Under the pieces are notes generated by a model. It saw only the letters and a program-made list of their open reading frames with translations, was not told the DNA's origin and made no database searches. A DNA stretch of 64,000 nt from a virus, in IMG/VR virus record IMGVR_UViG_3300028827_000129, positions 96,001-160,000 of that record; one strand, 5' to 3'. This document shows positions 49,082 to 58,475 of the stretch, one piece after another. Each line of letters opens with the position of its first letter. The stretch's first letter is position 1. Made by a program: the position numbers and the translations under genes.

Positions 49082-51609
49082 TAGATAAAGTTCGTCAAGA
49101 TTTTATATTAGGCAATTTAATTAAAGATAAAATAAAGTTAGGAGAATCCTTACTTATTACTGAGTTATTAAGTGAACTAGAGGAAATTGTCACTGATAAG
49201 GATTTATCCACTTCTTTTTTTGATGCAAAAGAGCATGAAGTCTCTTTTAATGAGCTGTCAAGTGCATCTAAATTTAATCGAACTGTAGAGCAAATTTTTA
49301 CAGAGATAAAGTTTTTAGAGTCGTCAATAGCCGCAACGGCTGTTAATGCCCATGAAAATCATATTAATAACGTCTCTAAATATAAGGCTATACAACAGCG
49401 CATAAAGGAATTACGTAGCCGAATAGAAAATCTTTTGCTCTTAAATAAAGATACTGCTGGCTTTGTAAAGTTTGTAGGCGACAATTTTTCAGATTTATCA
49501 AAAGTTGACCTATCTAAAACTACAGCAAATGTTGATGCAAAAACTGGTGTTGTAACACTATCTACGTCAGATAGTGTTACAAATTATAAATCCCGCATTA
49601 ATAATAATTTGTTTAGTACAAGTTTTAAAGTACTTTCTGCTAAAGAAGCTCCTTCTGGTATAGTTGAGCTACCTGGCTCTTCTATTAAGAATGCTTTATC
49701 TGAAAGTGATGCTGTTTGGCATACAATTTTGCGATTCGTAAATAGTGTAGGTAGGGTTTCTGTAGAAGTATTATTTACATTTGAAAATAAAACAGATATA
49801 AGCAGTCTTTTTATTGATCTTCATGGTAATGTGTCTTCTGGTGTTATTGTTACGGTTCAGCATAGCGAAGACGGATATAATTGGTATAATGTCGATGGCG
49901 CAGATTCATCGAGAAATGTGATTAATAATTCTCTTTTTGTATTCAAGCAAATTAGTCCTAAATATTTAAGACTGATATTGACTAAGGAAACATACGACTA
50001 TATTGATGCTGGATTTTATCATTATGAATTCGGGGCCAAGGAGATAAGTATTTACCACAATGCTTTTGTCAATGAATCTGTACTATATTCCAAGCCGTTA
50101 TCTCTTTTCGTAGATGATACAAAGTACAAATTTACAGGGTGTTCATTGCAGGTATGTCAAAAAACTCCTGGCAATTCCAAAATTAAATATGAGGTAAGCT
50201 TTGATGATGGCACATACCAACCAATTGGCCCGTTGAATACAAATACTTCTGATCCGCTTATAGCTACAGTTAGTAACACCCCTGACTATACAAGATATGC
50301 AAGAATAGATCAGCATGGCAGGTATGATTTTAAATCCTATTCTCATATTTTATTAACAGGAGATTTAGGGAACCCCAGGTATAGTCAATCTGATGTTAGT
50401 GATGATGTTGCTATAAAAAATTCTATGAGAGTATGGAGGAATTGTGCGCATCAACATAGGAAAGCATATAAATATGGAATTGCTGCTGGGTGGGGTTACG
50501 ACGGCATTAAATATTATTCATGTTATTTTTACTTGAATAATACTAAAACGTTTGATTTTGGCACATCCGCCTGCGAGATTGACGGCAAGATTGTTACAGG
50601 TTCCGTTACAATTAAGCCCGGTGTGCATAAGTTTAGGACATCACAGACAAATTGGTTTGATGTTAGTAGGTATAGTGATGATGTATTAGCCCCGTACAAC
50701 CATAAGAATATCATAGAAGGATTGAGTGCAGATATAGTTCAGGCCGAAGATGGGAAGTTCTACAAATGTATAAAAGATCATGTTTCTACTAACGATAATA
50801 AGCCAGGAGTAGGCGGAGGCAATAATCAATCTGATTGTTGGGTATTTGTGTATTCAGACAAGCGCGGCGGTGAATTAATTTGGGGTCTTGACGAAAATTA
50901 CTATAGCCAAAAAGATTACTATCAAGGCGCGGATCTTAATGCTGAATTATTGATGACCGAAACATCTTTAATTGATTTTGAATCTAATATAGATTCTAAT
51001 GATTATTCTAAATTTGCAATAGTTAATTTAGGACATGCTAAGCGCTTGATTGTAAATTACGACATTTATAATCATGATGCAAACGTATTGGATGAGCTTT
51101 TTGTAATACAGTGGAAAGAGGAAGAAGCTTCGGCATCAGAAATCAAATTAAAAGCAACATTGATTTCTGATGGGGAAAATTACCCTACCCTGGGTGAATA
51201 TATGATAAAGCTAGGTAATCCTGTCGTATTTATAGACTCCGAACTTATAAAGGGGGATTATATAGAACCTGTCCCTCCACAGGTTACCGGGTTTTCCGCA
51301 TCTTTAGTTAATAAAGACGTAATTAGCTTTACATGGGATAAGATACAACCTAATAGTGGATGGGGCGAAGCTTTACCGGCTCCAAGGTACGAAATCAGGC
51401 GAGGTAAAAATTGGGCAGAGTCAGAGTTAGTTGATACAGCAATATCATGGTCGTCTGAATGGAAGACATATATAACGCCTGCTGATAAGGCTGCTGCAAA
51501 GTCGAACCCTATTAATGATGATGTAACTTATCTAATTCGTGCATATAACTCTATGGGGTACAGTGAATTAGTGGCTTCTACTACTATTAGCTTAACTGGG
51601 GCACTATAA
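49078..51609 (+). CDS. Virion protein, paralog 3 of the trio (C-terminal FN3-like domain)
   Basis: NALSESDAVW, QHSEDGYNW, YPTLGEYMIKL and PPQVTGFSAS...FTWD...YLIRAYNSMGYS. Confidence 0.55.
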   Translation: MIDKVRQDFILGNLIKDKIKLGESLLITELLSELEEIVTDKDLSTSFFDAKEHEVSFNELSSASKFNRTVEQIFTEIKFLESSIAATAVNAHENHINNVSKYKAIQQRIKELRSRIENLLLLNKDTAGFVKFVGDNFSDLSKVDLSKTTANVDAKTGVVTLSTSDSVTNYKSRINNNLFSTSFKVLSAKEAPSGIVELPGSSIKNALSESDAVWHTILRFVNSVGRVSVEVLFTFENKTDISSLFIDLHGNVSSGVIVTVQHSEDGYNWYNVDGADSSRNVINNSLFVFKQISPKYLRLILTKETYDYIDAGFYHYEFGAKEISIYHNAFVNESVLYSKPLSLFVDDTKYKFTGCSLQVCQKTPGNSKIKYEVSFDDGTYQPIGPLNTNTSDPLIATVSNTPDYTRYARIDQHGRYDFKSYSHILLTGDLGNPRYSQSDVSDDVAIKNSMRVWRNCAHQHRKAYKYGIAAGWGYDGIKYYSCYFYLNNTKTFDFGTSACEIDGKIVTGSVTIKPGVHKFRTSQTNWFDVSRYSDDVLAPYNHKNIIEGLSADIVQAEDGKFYKCIKDHVSTNDNKPGVGGGNNQSDCWVFVYSDKRGGELIWGLDENYYSQKDYYQGADLNAELLMTETSLIDFESNIDSNDYSKFAIVNLGHAKRLIVNYDIYNHDANVLDELFVIQWKEEEASASEIKLKATLISDGENYPTLGEYMIKLGNPVVFIDSELIKGDYIEPVPPQVTGFSASLVNKDVISFTWDKIQPNSGWGEALPAPRYEIRRGKNWAESELVDTAISWSSEWKTYITPADKAAAKSNPINDDVTYLIRAYNSMGYSELVASTTISLTGAL

Positions 51610-51613
51610 TATA
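51604..51613 (+). promoter_or_regulatory. CTATAATATA motif (candidate late promoter)
   Basis: Overlaps the stop of 49078-51609, 17 nt before the next ATG. Confidence 0.45.
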
Positions 51614-51630
51614 ATAAGAAGGAGATAATA

Positions 51631-52260
51631 ATGCCTAAGCCTAGAGACATACAACTTTCCTTTGTTCATCCACATTTCCCTGAAAGCAAACCTGCGTCAA
51701 CAAGGGAAATGAATTTGGTTTTTGGTGATATCCAAAACGATCTGAAAGCGATTACCTATGAGTTTAATAATGTTATTCTCCCTTTATTGAAAACTTTACC
51801 ATATTCGCCTGTTGATCCGAATGTTGATGCATTTGATAGCGCGACTGGTGCATTAGACGGTAAACATATCTATGTTGACGAACATGTAACCAGTGGCGCG
51901 TATTATAACGCCAAAGACAATGTCCCAAAAACAATATATGAGGTTTTTGCTGAATTTAAGACTAGATTAGATGATTTAGATGCTAAATATAATGGCAATT
52001 TAAAAAATGCAGATAAAGTTGACGGGTTTGATGCCAGTATGTCTCCGGGGTCTGGTACAATACCAGTGACAGATCAAAATGGCGACTTAAATTTACCTAG
52101 TGGTTCTGTAAATTGTAATGGTTATTTGGCTATTGCTGATGGAATGAGCGAACCTGCAACTGCTGTTGGGAAAGCTATTATTTATGTAGATCAAACATCT
52201 GGCGATTTAATGGTAAAATTCTCTGATGGGACTATAAAGACGATTGTTGTTGATACATAA
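51631..52260 (+). CDS. Short tail-fibre-like protein
   Basis: NADKVDGFDAS fibre motif; C-terminal IYVDQTSGDLMVKFSDGTIK. Confidence 0.5.
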   Translation: MPKPRDIQLSFVHPHFPESKPASTREMNLVFGDIQNDLKAITYEFNNVILPLLKTLPYSPVDPNVDAFDSATGALDGKHIYVDEHVTSGAYYNAKDNVPKTIYEVFAEFKTRLDDLDAKYNGNLKNADKVDGFDASMSPGSGTIPVTDQNGDLNLPSGSVNCNGYLAIADGMSEPATAVGKAIIYVDQTSGDLMVKFSDGTIKTIVVDT

Positions 52261-52272
52261 GGAGAATAGTTA

Positions 52273-52470
52273 ATGGCTATTACTGATGAAGAATTTTTAA
52301 CACTACAAGAAGCAGTAAATGATTTAATAGATGTTGTTAATGCAGCATTGGTAACTAAGTTACAGTGGCAGCAAGTAAATAGCATCTTCGAGGCAGAACT
52401 TAACTCCATCAAAGAAAGACTTGATAAAATCGAGTCTGACATCAAGATCCTACAATCCTTCCACAATTAA
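52273..52470 (+). CDS. Small coiled-coil protein
   Basis: 65 aa with a heptad pattern; AAGGAG RBS. Confidence 0.6.
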   Translation: MAITDEEFLTLQEAVNDLIDVVNAALVTKLQWQQVNSIFEAELNSIKERLDKIESDIKILQSFHN

Positions 52471-52500
52471 AGTAGGCATAATGCCTACTTTTCTTTTTCT
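52469..52500 (+). terminator. Intrinsic terminator ending the structural module
   Basis: AAAGTAGGCA-TAA-TGCCTACTTT followed by TCTTTTTCT. Confidence 0.85.
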
Positions 52501-52503
52501 GTA

Positions 52504-52512
52504 TGTTATAAT
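52504..52512 (+). promoter_or_regulatory. Extended -10 promoter (TGnTATAAT) for the replication block
   Basis: TGTTATAAT lies about 30 nt upstream of the ATG, which has a GAGGTG RBS. Confidence 0.5.
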
Positions 52513-52541
52513 AATATAAAATTTAAAAAGAGAGGTGTTCT

Positions 52542-54431
52542 ATGCCCAAATTACCTTATTTTAATTTATTTGAACTAACAGACAAACAATTACTTAACCC
52601 AATTGAATTATATCCACCAAGGTCTAAAAATTTAAGACCTTCTGAAGCTTCTATTATTAATAGGGTTACTGGGGAGCCATCAGGGAAATGCGCTAGGGCT
52701 GTTTATTATAGGCTCATGGACGCTCCTATTACAGATCCGCCATTGCCGAAGATGTACTATACTTGGATGATGGGGAAGCTTTTTGAAGATAGATTAGTAG
52801 AAGAGTGGAAAAAGATGGGCTTATATGTAGCTAATTCTGTTAGGTTTTATAATGGAAGATACCATTTGTCCGGCGAATTAGACTGCGTGATTAAACATCC
52901 AGACATCCCTGATCAACTAATAGGACTAGAAGTAAAAACTGGATATGGTTATAATTATGAAAAGCAAGTAATAGGCACAATTAATACAATGGGGCAGCCT
53001 AAGATTGAGAACTTATTACAGGCCTCAATATATTTAAATGAATTTAAGCATTCTATTGCTATGTTTAAAATCCCGTGTATGACAAGAGATTCTATGAAAA
53101 GAGCGGAGTTTGATATAGAATTAATTGATGGAGGCAAGAGGGTAACAGTAAATGGTAAGGTTCAACATGCCTTCTTGATAGAAGATATTTATAATCGCTT
53201 TGATTATATGTGGGAGCATTATGAAAAACAAATTATTCCTCAAAGAGACTACATGCTTAAATGGGATGATGAAACCATAGAACGCAAATATGATTCTGGA
53301 GATTTATCTGAAAGTGCCTATAAGAAATTTAAAGGCGCTAGGAGGCCAGATACACGTGAAAAGTACCGTCCTGGCGATTGGCAGTGTTTTGCTCCTAGAA
53401 CATTAGTGTGGATGTCTAATGGTGAAATGAAGACGATCAAAGACATAAAAGTAGGAGATGAAGTTGTCAGCATTGATGGTCCTACAAAAGTAGTTAAAGT
53501 AGGGAGTAAGACGACTAATAGTAAAATGGTTACAGTTAAGCCAGCAGGCACACTTGGTGTGGATTGTACTGAAGATCATAAGTGGTTGATTGGGTCTTGG
53601 GACAATTGGGATGAATTTTGTCGCATGGAAACGATTAACCCTAAATTAATGCAGGCAAAGGATATTATTGCTTTTGATGGTAAAGAAAATATAGACAGGG
53701 TAGACGTAGTCTTTATTCCTGTTATTGATTTTTCGTATGAGTCAGATTTAACCATAGAACTATGTGAATTTTTAGGTTATTATGCAGCTTTAGGGGACTT
53801 AGAAGATCTCAAATATGATAGAGTGACTTTTGTTTTAGACTCTGATAACATGGCCGTTGTAGACAAGATCGTTGAGTTAGGCATAAATTTATCAGATAAA
53901 AATTCTTGCAACATTGCCTTGACCCATGATGTAGATGGCAAAGAAATTTTGAAAATAATTTTCAGATCTAAAAAATTATTAAATTATGTGAGAAAAAATA
54001 TTATTGGAGACAATAATGAAAATAAAACACTGAGCCACAATATCATGGGCTTGGATCATTGGTCTACAGACGTTTTTTTAAGTGCTGTTGCTGCTGGACA
54101 TCAGAATATCGTTAAAGTGGCATCTAAAATTTTAAGCTTACAATATCAACAACTTTTTTGGAAAGTTGATGTCCCAGTTGTAGTGAAACATATTGACGGC
54201 ATTGGATATTCGATACAGTTTACTGTTCTTGAAAGTGTAAAATTAGTAAGAGTTTTCAATAAAAAATTTGCAGCATTAAGAATAGAAGATGTTATAAGTA
54301 CAGAAAAGACAGATAAAGTTTACGATATAGAAGTTGATAGTACACATCATGTATTTGCAACAAGTGGAGGATTAGCCAGCAATTGCAGTTATTGTCAATA
54401 TAAAACTTACTGCTGGTCTAGCGACAAATAA
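52542..54431 (+). CDS. Cas4-like PD-(D/E)xK exonuclease with Fe-S cysteines, interrupted by an intein
   Basis: GKCAR (Cys1), LSGELD, LEVKT and QASIY; after intein removal the C-terminus reads WQCSYCQYKTYC. Confidence 0.8.
   Translation: MPKLPYFNLFELTDKQLLNPIELYPPRSKNLRPSEASIINRVTGEPSGKCARAVYYRLMDAPITDPPLPKMYYTWMMGKLFEDRLVEEWKKMGLYVANSVRFYNGRYHLSGELDCVIKHPDIPDQLIGLEVKTGYGYNYEKQVIGTINTMGQPKIENLLQASIYLNEFKHSIAMFKIPCMTRDSMKRAEFDIELIDGGKRVTVNGKVQHAFLIEDIYNRFDYMWEHYEKQIIPQRDYMLKWDDETIERKYDSGDLSESAYKKFKGARRPDTREKYRPGDWQCFAPRTLVWMSNGEMKTIKDIKVGDEVVSIDGPTKVVKVGSKTTNSKMVTVKPAGTLGVDCTEDHKWLIGSWDNWDEFCRMETINPKLMQAKDIIAFDGKENIDRVDVVFIPVIDFSYESDLTIELCEFLGYYAALGDLEDLKYDRVTFVLDSDNMAVVDKIVELGINLSDKNSCNIALTHDVDGKEILKIIFRSKKLLNYVRKNIIGDNNENKTLSHNIMGLDHWSTDVFLSAVAAGHQNIVKVASKILSLQYQQLFWKVDVPVVVKHIDGIGYSIQFTVLESVKLVRVFNKKFAALRIEDVISTEKTDKVYDIEVDSTHHVFATSGGLASNCSYCQYKTYCWSSDK
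53385..54383 (+). mobile_element. Intein (333 aa) with degenerate LAGLIDADG domain
   Basis: Block A CFAPRTLVWMSNG, block B CTEDHKW, block F VYDIEVDSTHHVF, terminal SN followed by extein Cys+1. Confidence 0.9.
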
Positions 54432-54454
54432 TATTGTTTTTGCCTTGTATTTTA

Positions 54455-54463
54455 TGGTATAAT
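54455..54463 (+). promoter_or_regulatory. Extended -10 promoter (TGGTATAAT) upstream of the primase-helicase
   Basis: TG-n-TATAAT, with TTGTTT 18 nt upstream of the hexamer. Confidence 0.5.
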
Positions 54464-54490
54464 ATTATCAAAAATAAAACGAGGTGTGAT

Positions 54491-56941
54491 ATGCGTTTTA
54501 ATAATCTTGATACTGTAATTGCAGAGTTGAGGCCGTTTTTAAAGAATTATTTAGAAGAGCATAATATTGATACAACAAAAAAGTTTAACTGCCTTAATCC
54601 AAAGCATGAAGACGCGGACCCGTCTATGTCATTTATTCCTGACTCGAATGGCGAGGCATGCTTATGTTTTGGGTGTGGTGTTACGGTGGACATATTTAAA
54701 GCTGCCCATTTTCTAGAGCATAAACCAATGCAAGGAAAAGGTTTTATTTATGATAATGTAATTTATTTAGCAGAAAAGTATGGCATCAAAGTAATGATGA
54801 CAGAGCCTACAGATGAAGAAATTTATGAGATGTCTATTTATAGGGCATATTATGAAGCTGCAGAATATATTGCTCATACTAAGTATACAGATCTGGGATC
54901 CCGTGAGATCGCCTCTCGCGGCTGGACAGAGGATTTCTGTCGCTCCCACTATATAGGGACTGTACCAAGCTTTAAGGCCTTCAGAGAGGCTCTGAAGGCC
55001 TCTGGCTTTAAACCTTCGTTTATTGACGACATAGATCTTGGACGTGAAGATATTTTTAACGAGAATAATTTGATTTTCACAATTTTTGACGACTTGGGGA
55101 GGCCTGTGGCTTTCGCAGCGAGGAATTTAAAATATGATGGCGTAAATGGGTTAAAATATATTAATTCTTCTGGTAAAAGAGGCGATGGCGGCCATGCCGC
55201 TACTTTATCAGGCAAATGCAATATTTACAGAAAAGGTGAAATTTTATATGGATTTAATTTAATAAAAAATCAAGGTGGTCCATTGTATATTTTTGAAGGC
55301 TATGCAGATTGGGCCACTGCAAAATCATCTGGGGTGAATAATTGTGTAGCAGTCGGTGGAACGGCCTTTACTGAAAAGCATATAGAGTTGTTGCAGCAAT
55401 ATAATCGTCGTGATATTGTTTTTGTATTTGATGCAGATAAGGGCGGCAAAGAAAGTATTTTAAGAATCTTAGATAAGGTTTTAGTTGGCTATAAAGATAT
55501 TAAAGTGCATATTATTGCTTTGCCAGATGGCTATGACCCAGATGAATTTATTAGAGAACATGGTATAGAAAATTTTTACGCCTTAAAGATAAAGACTGCT
55601 TTTCAATGGCGTTTAGACCAATATACAGATATTGATGATCCTATTGACATTTGTAATACAATGGTCCCGATTATAGCTGCAGAACCTTCAGCTGTTATGC
55701 GGGATCAAATGGTAAAAGAGTTAGCGCAATTTACGGGCATTAAAGAAAAGAATATTGATCGCGACGTAGAAAGAATTGTCAATGCTAAAGAAAAGGAAGT
55801 TGAGAGGCGTAAAGAGGAAATTATTGATAGGACAATAAGGGAGATAAGATTTTCTGGTGGAGACGCCGCATCGATGTTATATTCTGCTGCAGAGCAGATT
55901 AAAGATATAGAGGTCGCTAACAATGAAGATTCTTATTCTAAGGAATCTTTTTTAGATCGCCTTGACAATATTAAAATTACTCAAGAAACAAAATCTTCTT
56001 GGGACGACTGTTTTGTTCTTGGAAAACAATTTAAAGAATTTGAAAATAAGATGAAAGGTGAATGGAAAAAGGACGTTTTGATATTAGTTGGCGGGAGTCC
56101 GAATAGCGGCAAAACAACATTTTTGTCTAATTTATCATTAGATATAGCCATGAATAATGATGACGCGCTGGTAATTTTTCACACTATCGATGACACAATG
56201 GAACAATTTGTCCCCCGCTTAGTTACTGCTTTATATGGTGAACCAGATAGCGGCCTAACGATAAATAAAGTAAAGAATCCGAATTTGTATGATGATGTGG
56301 ATGAGATCAAGGACAAGCGTGAAATAGGCTATAGACGATTAAAGGCTTTAGTAGAGCAAAATAAGTATGTTGTTAAAGATGCCAATGACGGTACTGGTTT
56401 TGCTTACATTGAATCATTGATTAAATATTACATTGATCGCTATCCAGATAAACAAATAGTTTACTTTTTAGATAATTTGCATAAAATTTATGGATTCGAC
56501 AACAGTAAAGAAGAAAGAGTTAAGTGGCGGACTATTTCACAGAACATGAAGCGTCTTGCTACTAAATATCATATACCAGTTTTATGTTCTATTGAGTATC
56601 GGAAGCTACAGCATGGAGCTAGGCCTTCTAATAATGATATTTTGGAATCTGTTCAATTTGAATATGATGCCAATTTGATTTTACATTTATATAATGAATT
56701 GCATTCTTTACGAACAGATTCTGTTTTATACACACTGAGCGAAACGACAAGAAATCAAATTCCTATTGTTGAAGTCATTTTCGGCAAAAATAAGATTACA
56801 GATTTTAAAGATAGCTTATATTTTAATTTTTATACTGACCAAAATATATATGAACGGGTTGATAGAGATTTTGTATTTAGTTTAAAACGCAGTGTTGATA
56901 GCGATCAACAAAAAGGATGGCGTACAGGAGGCTATGCATAA
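54491..56941 (+). CDS. DnaG-type primase fused to DnaB-type (SF4) helicase
   Basis: CHC2 Zn finger (CLNPKHED...CFGC), KYINS, TOPRIM (FEGYAD; FDADKGG), Walker A GGSPNSGKTT, FLDNLH and EYDANLI. ATG 54491 follows GAGGTG. Confidence 0.9.
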   Translation: MRFNNLDTVIAELRPFLKNYLEEHNIDTTKKFNCLNPKHEDADPSMSFIPDSNGEACLCFGCGVTVDIFKAAHFLEHKPMQGKGFIYDNVIYLAEKYGIKVMMTEPTDEEIYEMSIYRAYYEAAEYIAHTKYTDLGSREIASRGWTEDFCRSHYIGTVPSFKAFREALKASGFKPSFIDDIDLGREDIFNENNLIFTIFDDLGRPVAFAARNLKYDGVNGLKYINSSGKRGDGGHAATLSGKCNIYRKGEILYGFNLIKNQGGPLYIFEGYADWATAKSSGVNNCVAVGGTAFTEKHIELLQQYNRRDIVFVFDADKGGKESILRILDKVLVGYKDIKVHIIALPDGYDPDEFIREHGIENFYALKIKTAFQWRLDQYTDIDDPIDICNTMVPIIAAEPSAVMRDQMVKELAQFTGIKEKNIDRDVERIVNAKEKEVERRKEEIIDRTIREIRFSGGDAASMLYSAAEQIKDIEVANNEDSYSKESFLDRLDNIKITQETKSSWDDCFVLGKQFKEFENKMKGEWKKDVLILVGGSPNSGKTTFLSNLSLDIAMNNDDALVIFHTIDDTMEQFVPRLVTALYGEPDSGLTINKVKNPNLYDDVDEIKDKREIGYRRLKALVEQNKYVVKDANDGTGFAYIESLIKYYIDRYPDKQIVYFLDNLHKIYGFDNSKEERVKWRTISQNMKRLATKYHIPVLCSIEYRKLQHGARPSNNDILESVQFEYDANLILHLYNELHSLRTDSVLYTLSETTRNQIPIVEVIFGKNKITDFKDSLYFNFYTDQNIYERVDRDFVFSLKRSVDSDQQKGWRTGGYA

Positions 56942-57652
56942 ATGAGGCTTACAATACAGGACCTAAAGGATTATACATTTTGCCCGCATTATTTTAAGTT
57001 CAACAATGGTCAATACTTCTATTCTATAGGAGTTGATAAGCATTATTATGAAAGTCTTGTGCGGACAGTTAAACAAATTTATGCTAGACAACTAGAGACA
57101 GAAAGAAAGGTCAGGTGGGATGAAGTTACAAATAAATGGAATAAATTCTTTTGGCAATCTAAAGACCCATCAAGTAAAGAACATAGAGTTCAAAGTAATA
57201 ATGGCTTTTTATGCCTTAAGGATTATTATGATAAATACTTAGAAAGAAAAGAGTATGTTTTGGCCGTTAATTGCCCTTACCATCATTGGGCCGGGGACCA
57301 TGTTGTTAGTGATTCAATCCCTGTGCTGTTGGCATCAGAAGATGAAGTTGTGTGTTTGTTGTTTGATCAGGATATAAATACTCAGATGCCGTTATACAGA
57401 AGCATAGAGGTACAAATGATTTCTGTTGTTCTTAAGGATCTTTTCCCCGACAAGAAGCTAAAGATAGTCAATAATTTTTACGGTAAAGGCCCAATGAAAT
57501 TTACAGAATCTTATGTATATCCTACAGATGATTTTGTGGCTCAAAGTAAAATAATGGTCGATATAGTTATAAGAAATGTTGGTGCCGGCCTTACCTTTTC
57601 TAATATTTATGGCTGTAAATTTTGCCCAAGAAACAATATTTGTTTTGAATAA
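56942..57652 (+). CDS. Cas4/AddB-like PD-(D/E)xK-fold protein, catalytic motifs degenerate
   Basis: N-terminal DYTFCPHYF and C-terminal CKFCPRNNIC (1+3 Cys arrangement); no clear D...ExK. Confidence 0.6.
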   Translation: MRLTIQDLKDYTFCPHYFKFNNGQYFYSIGVDKHYYESLVRTVKQIYARQLETERKVRWDEVTNKWNKFFWQSKDPSSKEHRVQSNNGFLCLKDYYDKYLERKEYVLAVNCPYHHWAGDHVVSDSIPVLLASEDEVVCLLFDQDINTQMPLYRSIEVQMISVVLKDLFPDKKLKIVNNFYGKGPMKFTESYVYPTDDFVAQSKIMVDIVIRNVGAGLTFSNIYGCKFCPRNNICFE

Positions 57653-57664
57653 GGAGATGATATT

Positions 57665-57823
57665 ATGAGTTTCAGTTTTGTCGATAAAAATGGTAAAATA
57701 AAGTATATATTAGATGATAATGGAGAAATAAGAGAAGTAGAGACTAATAAGATCATAAAAGACGCAGAAGAGGAAGATCAAGAAGAAAAAGACGAGCAAG
57801 AAAATACTGAAGAGGAGGTTTAA
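57665..57823 (+). CDS. Small acidic protein (52 aa, not in ORF track)
   Basis: AAGGAG RBS 8 nt before ATG; MSFSFVDKNGKIKYILDDNGEIREVETNKIIKDAEEEDQEEKDEQENTEEEV; fills the gap between neighbours. Confidence 0.7.
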   Translation: MSFSFVDKNGKIKYILDDNGEIREVETNKIIKDAEEEDQEEKDEQENTEEEV

Positions 57824-57826
57824 GAT

Positions 57827-58216
57827 ATGCCATCTATTATGCCACAACCAATGGGGATGTCAGTATTAGAGAATAAAATCCCTACATTACGTTGCGATAA
57901 TTGCAAGAATGATTGGCTTGAGCAGATTATGGTTTCTAAGTACGATCAACATGCAATTGCTATCGGTTTAAAGAAGCCTAATATAGTAGACAAGCCGCAA
58001 ATTTATCTATTTAGATGTATTAAATGCGGCACTATTCTTGAGCACCAAGTTCCATATACTGGGAACAATCATATACAAAAGCTATGGGAAGATGTTATGG
58101 AGACAATTGGCCGCAGGAATACAAAACCTGAAGCGTCAGCAAAAAAGGCTGCACCAAAGGCTAAAAAGCAAAATACAGCCAAGACACAAGAGAAGGAAAA
58201 GAATGAAGATAATTGA
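57827..58216 (+). CDS. Zn-ribbon protein with basic Lys/Ala-rich tail
   Basis: CDNC...CIKC and ASAKKAAPKAKK; GGAGG RBS. Confidence 0.65.
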   Translation: MPSIMPQPMGMSVLENKIPTLRCDNCKNDWLEQIMVSKYDQHAIAIGLKKPNIVDKPQIYLFRCIKCGTILEHQVPYTGNNHIQKLWEDVMETIGRRNTKPEASAKKAAPKAKKQNTAKTQEKEKNEDN

Positions 58217-58475
58217 TTCTTCTGTTTATCCATTGCAAAGTGACCAGTCTGTGTATCACTTGGCGACATTAGTTGATGGAGTTAGGGAATATGTAGCGTT
58301 TTTGCTGGATAATAAAGTATACATTGAAGAGATAACTGGAGGTAATTTAAAATATATCGACGATGATGATATCGCAAAGGAAGCAGAGGAGCTTTTATTA
58401 GATGCCGGCATATTGCATCCTATGAATATAGCTGCTAAAATAAAGAGATGGGAAGATACACAGAGGAAGAATTAG
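58203..58475 (+). CDS. Hypothetical protein
   Basis: Likely start is ATG 58203 (MKIIDSSVY...) after AAGGA, within tracked ORF 58038-58475. Confidence 0.6.
   Translation: MKIIDSSVYPLQSDQSVYHLATLVDGVREYVAFLLDNKVYIEEITGGNLKYIDDDDIAKEAEELLLDAGILHPMNIAAKIKRWEDTQRKN

Noticed and set aside
52542-57652. CRISPR-Cas locus suggested by Cas4-like genes
   Set aside because: No repeat-spacer array or other cas genes were seen; solo Cas4-like nucleases are common phage replication genes.
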